A program made the translations under genes and the position numbers. Under the pieces are notes generated by a model. It did no database searches. It saw only the letters and a program-made list of their open reading frames with translations, and was not told where the DNA came from. This document shows positions 63,331-64,000 of a stretch of 64,000 nucleotides of DNA, one piece after another. The DNA comes from an uncultured Chloroflexia bacterium (lineage in GTDB: Bacteria; Chloroflexota; Anaerolineae; Anaerolineales; Villigracilaceae). Numbering within the stretch: position 1 is the stretch's first letter; each line of letters begins with the position of its first letter. The stretch lies in NCBI GenBank assembly GCA_963739255.1, contig CAVTZT010000010.1, positions 212,392-276,391 of the forward strand, written 5' to 3'.

Positions 63331-64000
63331 ATGGCAACCATCTCAACCTCGCAGACTTTCGACAGCGCTGCCCGCACGGCGGGCGAAGCGTTCACGATCC
63401 AGTCCGGCGCGGTATTCACCATCGACTCGGATACCCGCGACGGCAAGAACGCTGCCGCCGCGCGCGCCGGGTCAATGAGCAGCTTCACCATGACCTCGGC
63501 GACCGGTGGCCAGGTCGTCATCGACGGCACGAAGGTCTGGCTGCATCGCCTACGATGGCCGCATCGGTACGCCGAACGTGCCGGCGCTCGGCAGCCATCA
63601 TTTCCGGCGTAACGTCGGGCGCGACTGGCGAGTTGATGAACTGCACCTCGGCAATCAATGCGACGCCGACCGCTGCCGGTTCAGCCATGCCGGCGACCGG
63701 CTATTTCAAGCTGAAGAACGTCACCGGCACCTTTCAGGACAACGAGACGCTGGAAATCCAGGGGTCGACCGACCTTTGCCTGGCGAACGGCATCGGGCAG
63801 CGCGGCTGGATCGAGGTCGTCATGGACGATGCCGCAACCTGGACCATCGGCCGCGCACAAAACCTAACCATTACCGGCGACTGGTTCGAGTCCGTAACGG
63901 TCGGCTCGGGCGCCGCGCACCAGCAAGTCCAGTTCCCGAACTACGGCGGCGCGAACTTCTTCCTGCCCGGCGTCTGGGTCGATGAAGCGGCCAACGGAAC
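63331..64000 (+). CDS. phage structural protein (unassigned), partial, at least two frame changes
   Basis: 'MATISTSQTFDSAARTAGEAFTIQSGAVFTIDSD...GTKVW' shifts near 63545 to 'IAYDGRIGTPNVPALGS'. It shifts near 63595 to 'IISGVTSGATGELMNCTSAINATPTAAGSAMPATGYFKLKNVTGTFQDNETLEIQG...', which stays open to the window end. Confidence 0.45.

Noticed and set aside
44376-64000. Reading the integrase, the ORFan module and the lambda-like genes as one prophage integrated at tRNA-Lys.
   Set aside because: They are separated by 7 kb of essential housekeeping genes from a compositionally different organism and by truncated gene fragments. The phage blocks themselves differ strongly in composition, and the terminase is cut in half.

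Overview
This window is a mosaic rather than one locus.

- **(A) 1 to ~45,390:** GC-rich, Chloroflexi/Anaerolineae-like chromosome, mostly housekeeping: prs, bfr, mutM, a bacterial Elp3, two surE, holA, radA, dus, msrA, clpC, nadK-recN, tRNA-Arg and tRNA-Lys. It also carries two GGDEF proteins, a DksA-zinc-finger/PP2C phosphatase, a visibly lower-GC block of three tandem GT-C glycosyltransferase paralogues, a split membrane-anchored Cas4-like nuclease, several nested palindromic MITE/REP-like elements (one in frame inside elp3), and a tyrosine integrase next to tRNA-Lys.
- **(B) ~45,392 to ~52,770:** AT-rich Patescibacteria/CPR-like housekeeping block that begins in the middle of rpsB: tsf, frr, rseP, proS, yvcK-like, HIT, yqeY, ybeY, dnaX.
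- **(C) ~52.9 to 56.92 kb:** minus-strand ORFan module of low-complexity, TM-tailed, virion-like proteins.
- **(D/E) 56.93 to 57.82 kb:** two gene fragments fused in frame, a phosphoesterase C-terminus and the first ~53 codons of glpK.
- **(F) 57.82 to 64.0 kb:** GC-rich lambda-like phage block: GpA terminase lacking its ATPase half, HTH protein, gpW-like protein, portal, GH104 lysozyme, holin-like and spanin-like proteins, and a partial structural gene.

Frame breaks, often at short homopolymers, interrupt radA, clpC, an amn-like gene, the integrase, frr, rseP, proS, dnaX and several phage genes. I saw no rRNA and no CRISPR array.

The junctions cut genes and look like chimeric assembly or concatenation. 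I found no single obvious new system. The best candidates are the split Cas4-like nuclease, the GT-C triplet and the palindromic element family. All coordinates and motifs were read by hand, and no searches were run.
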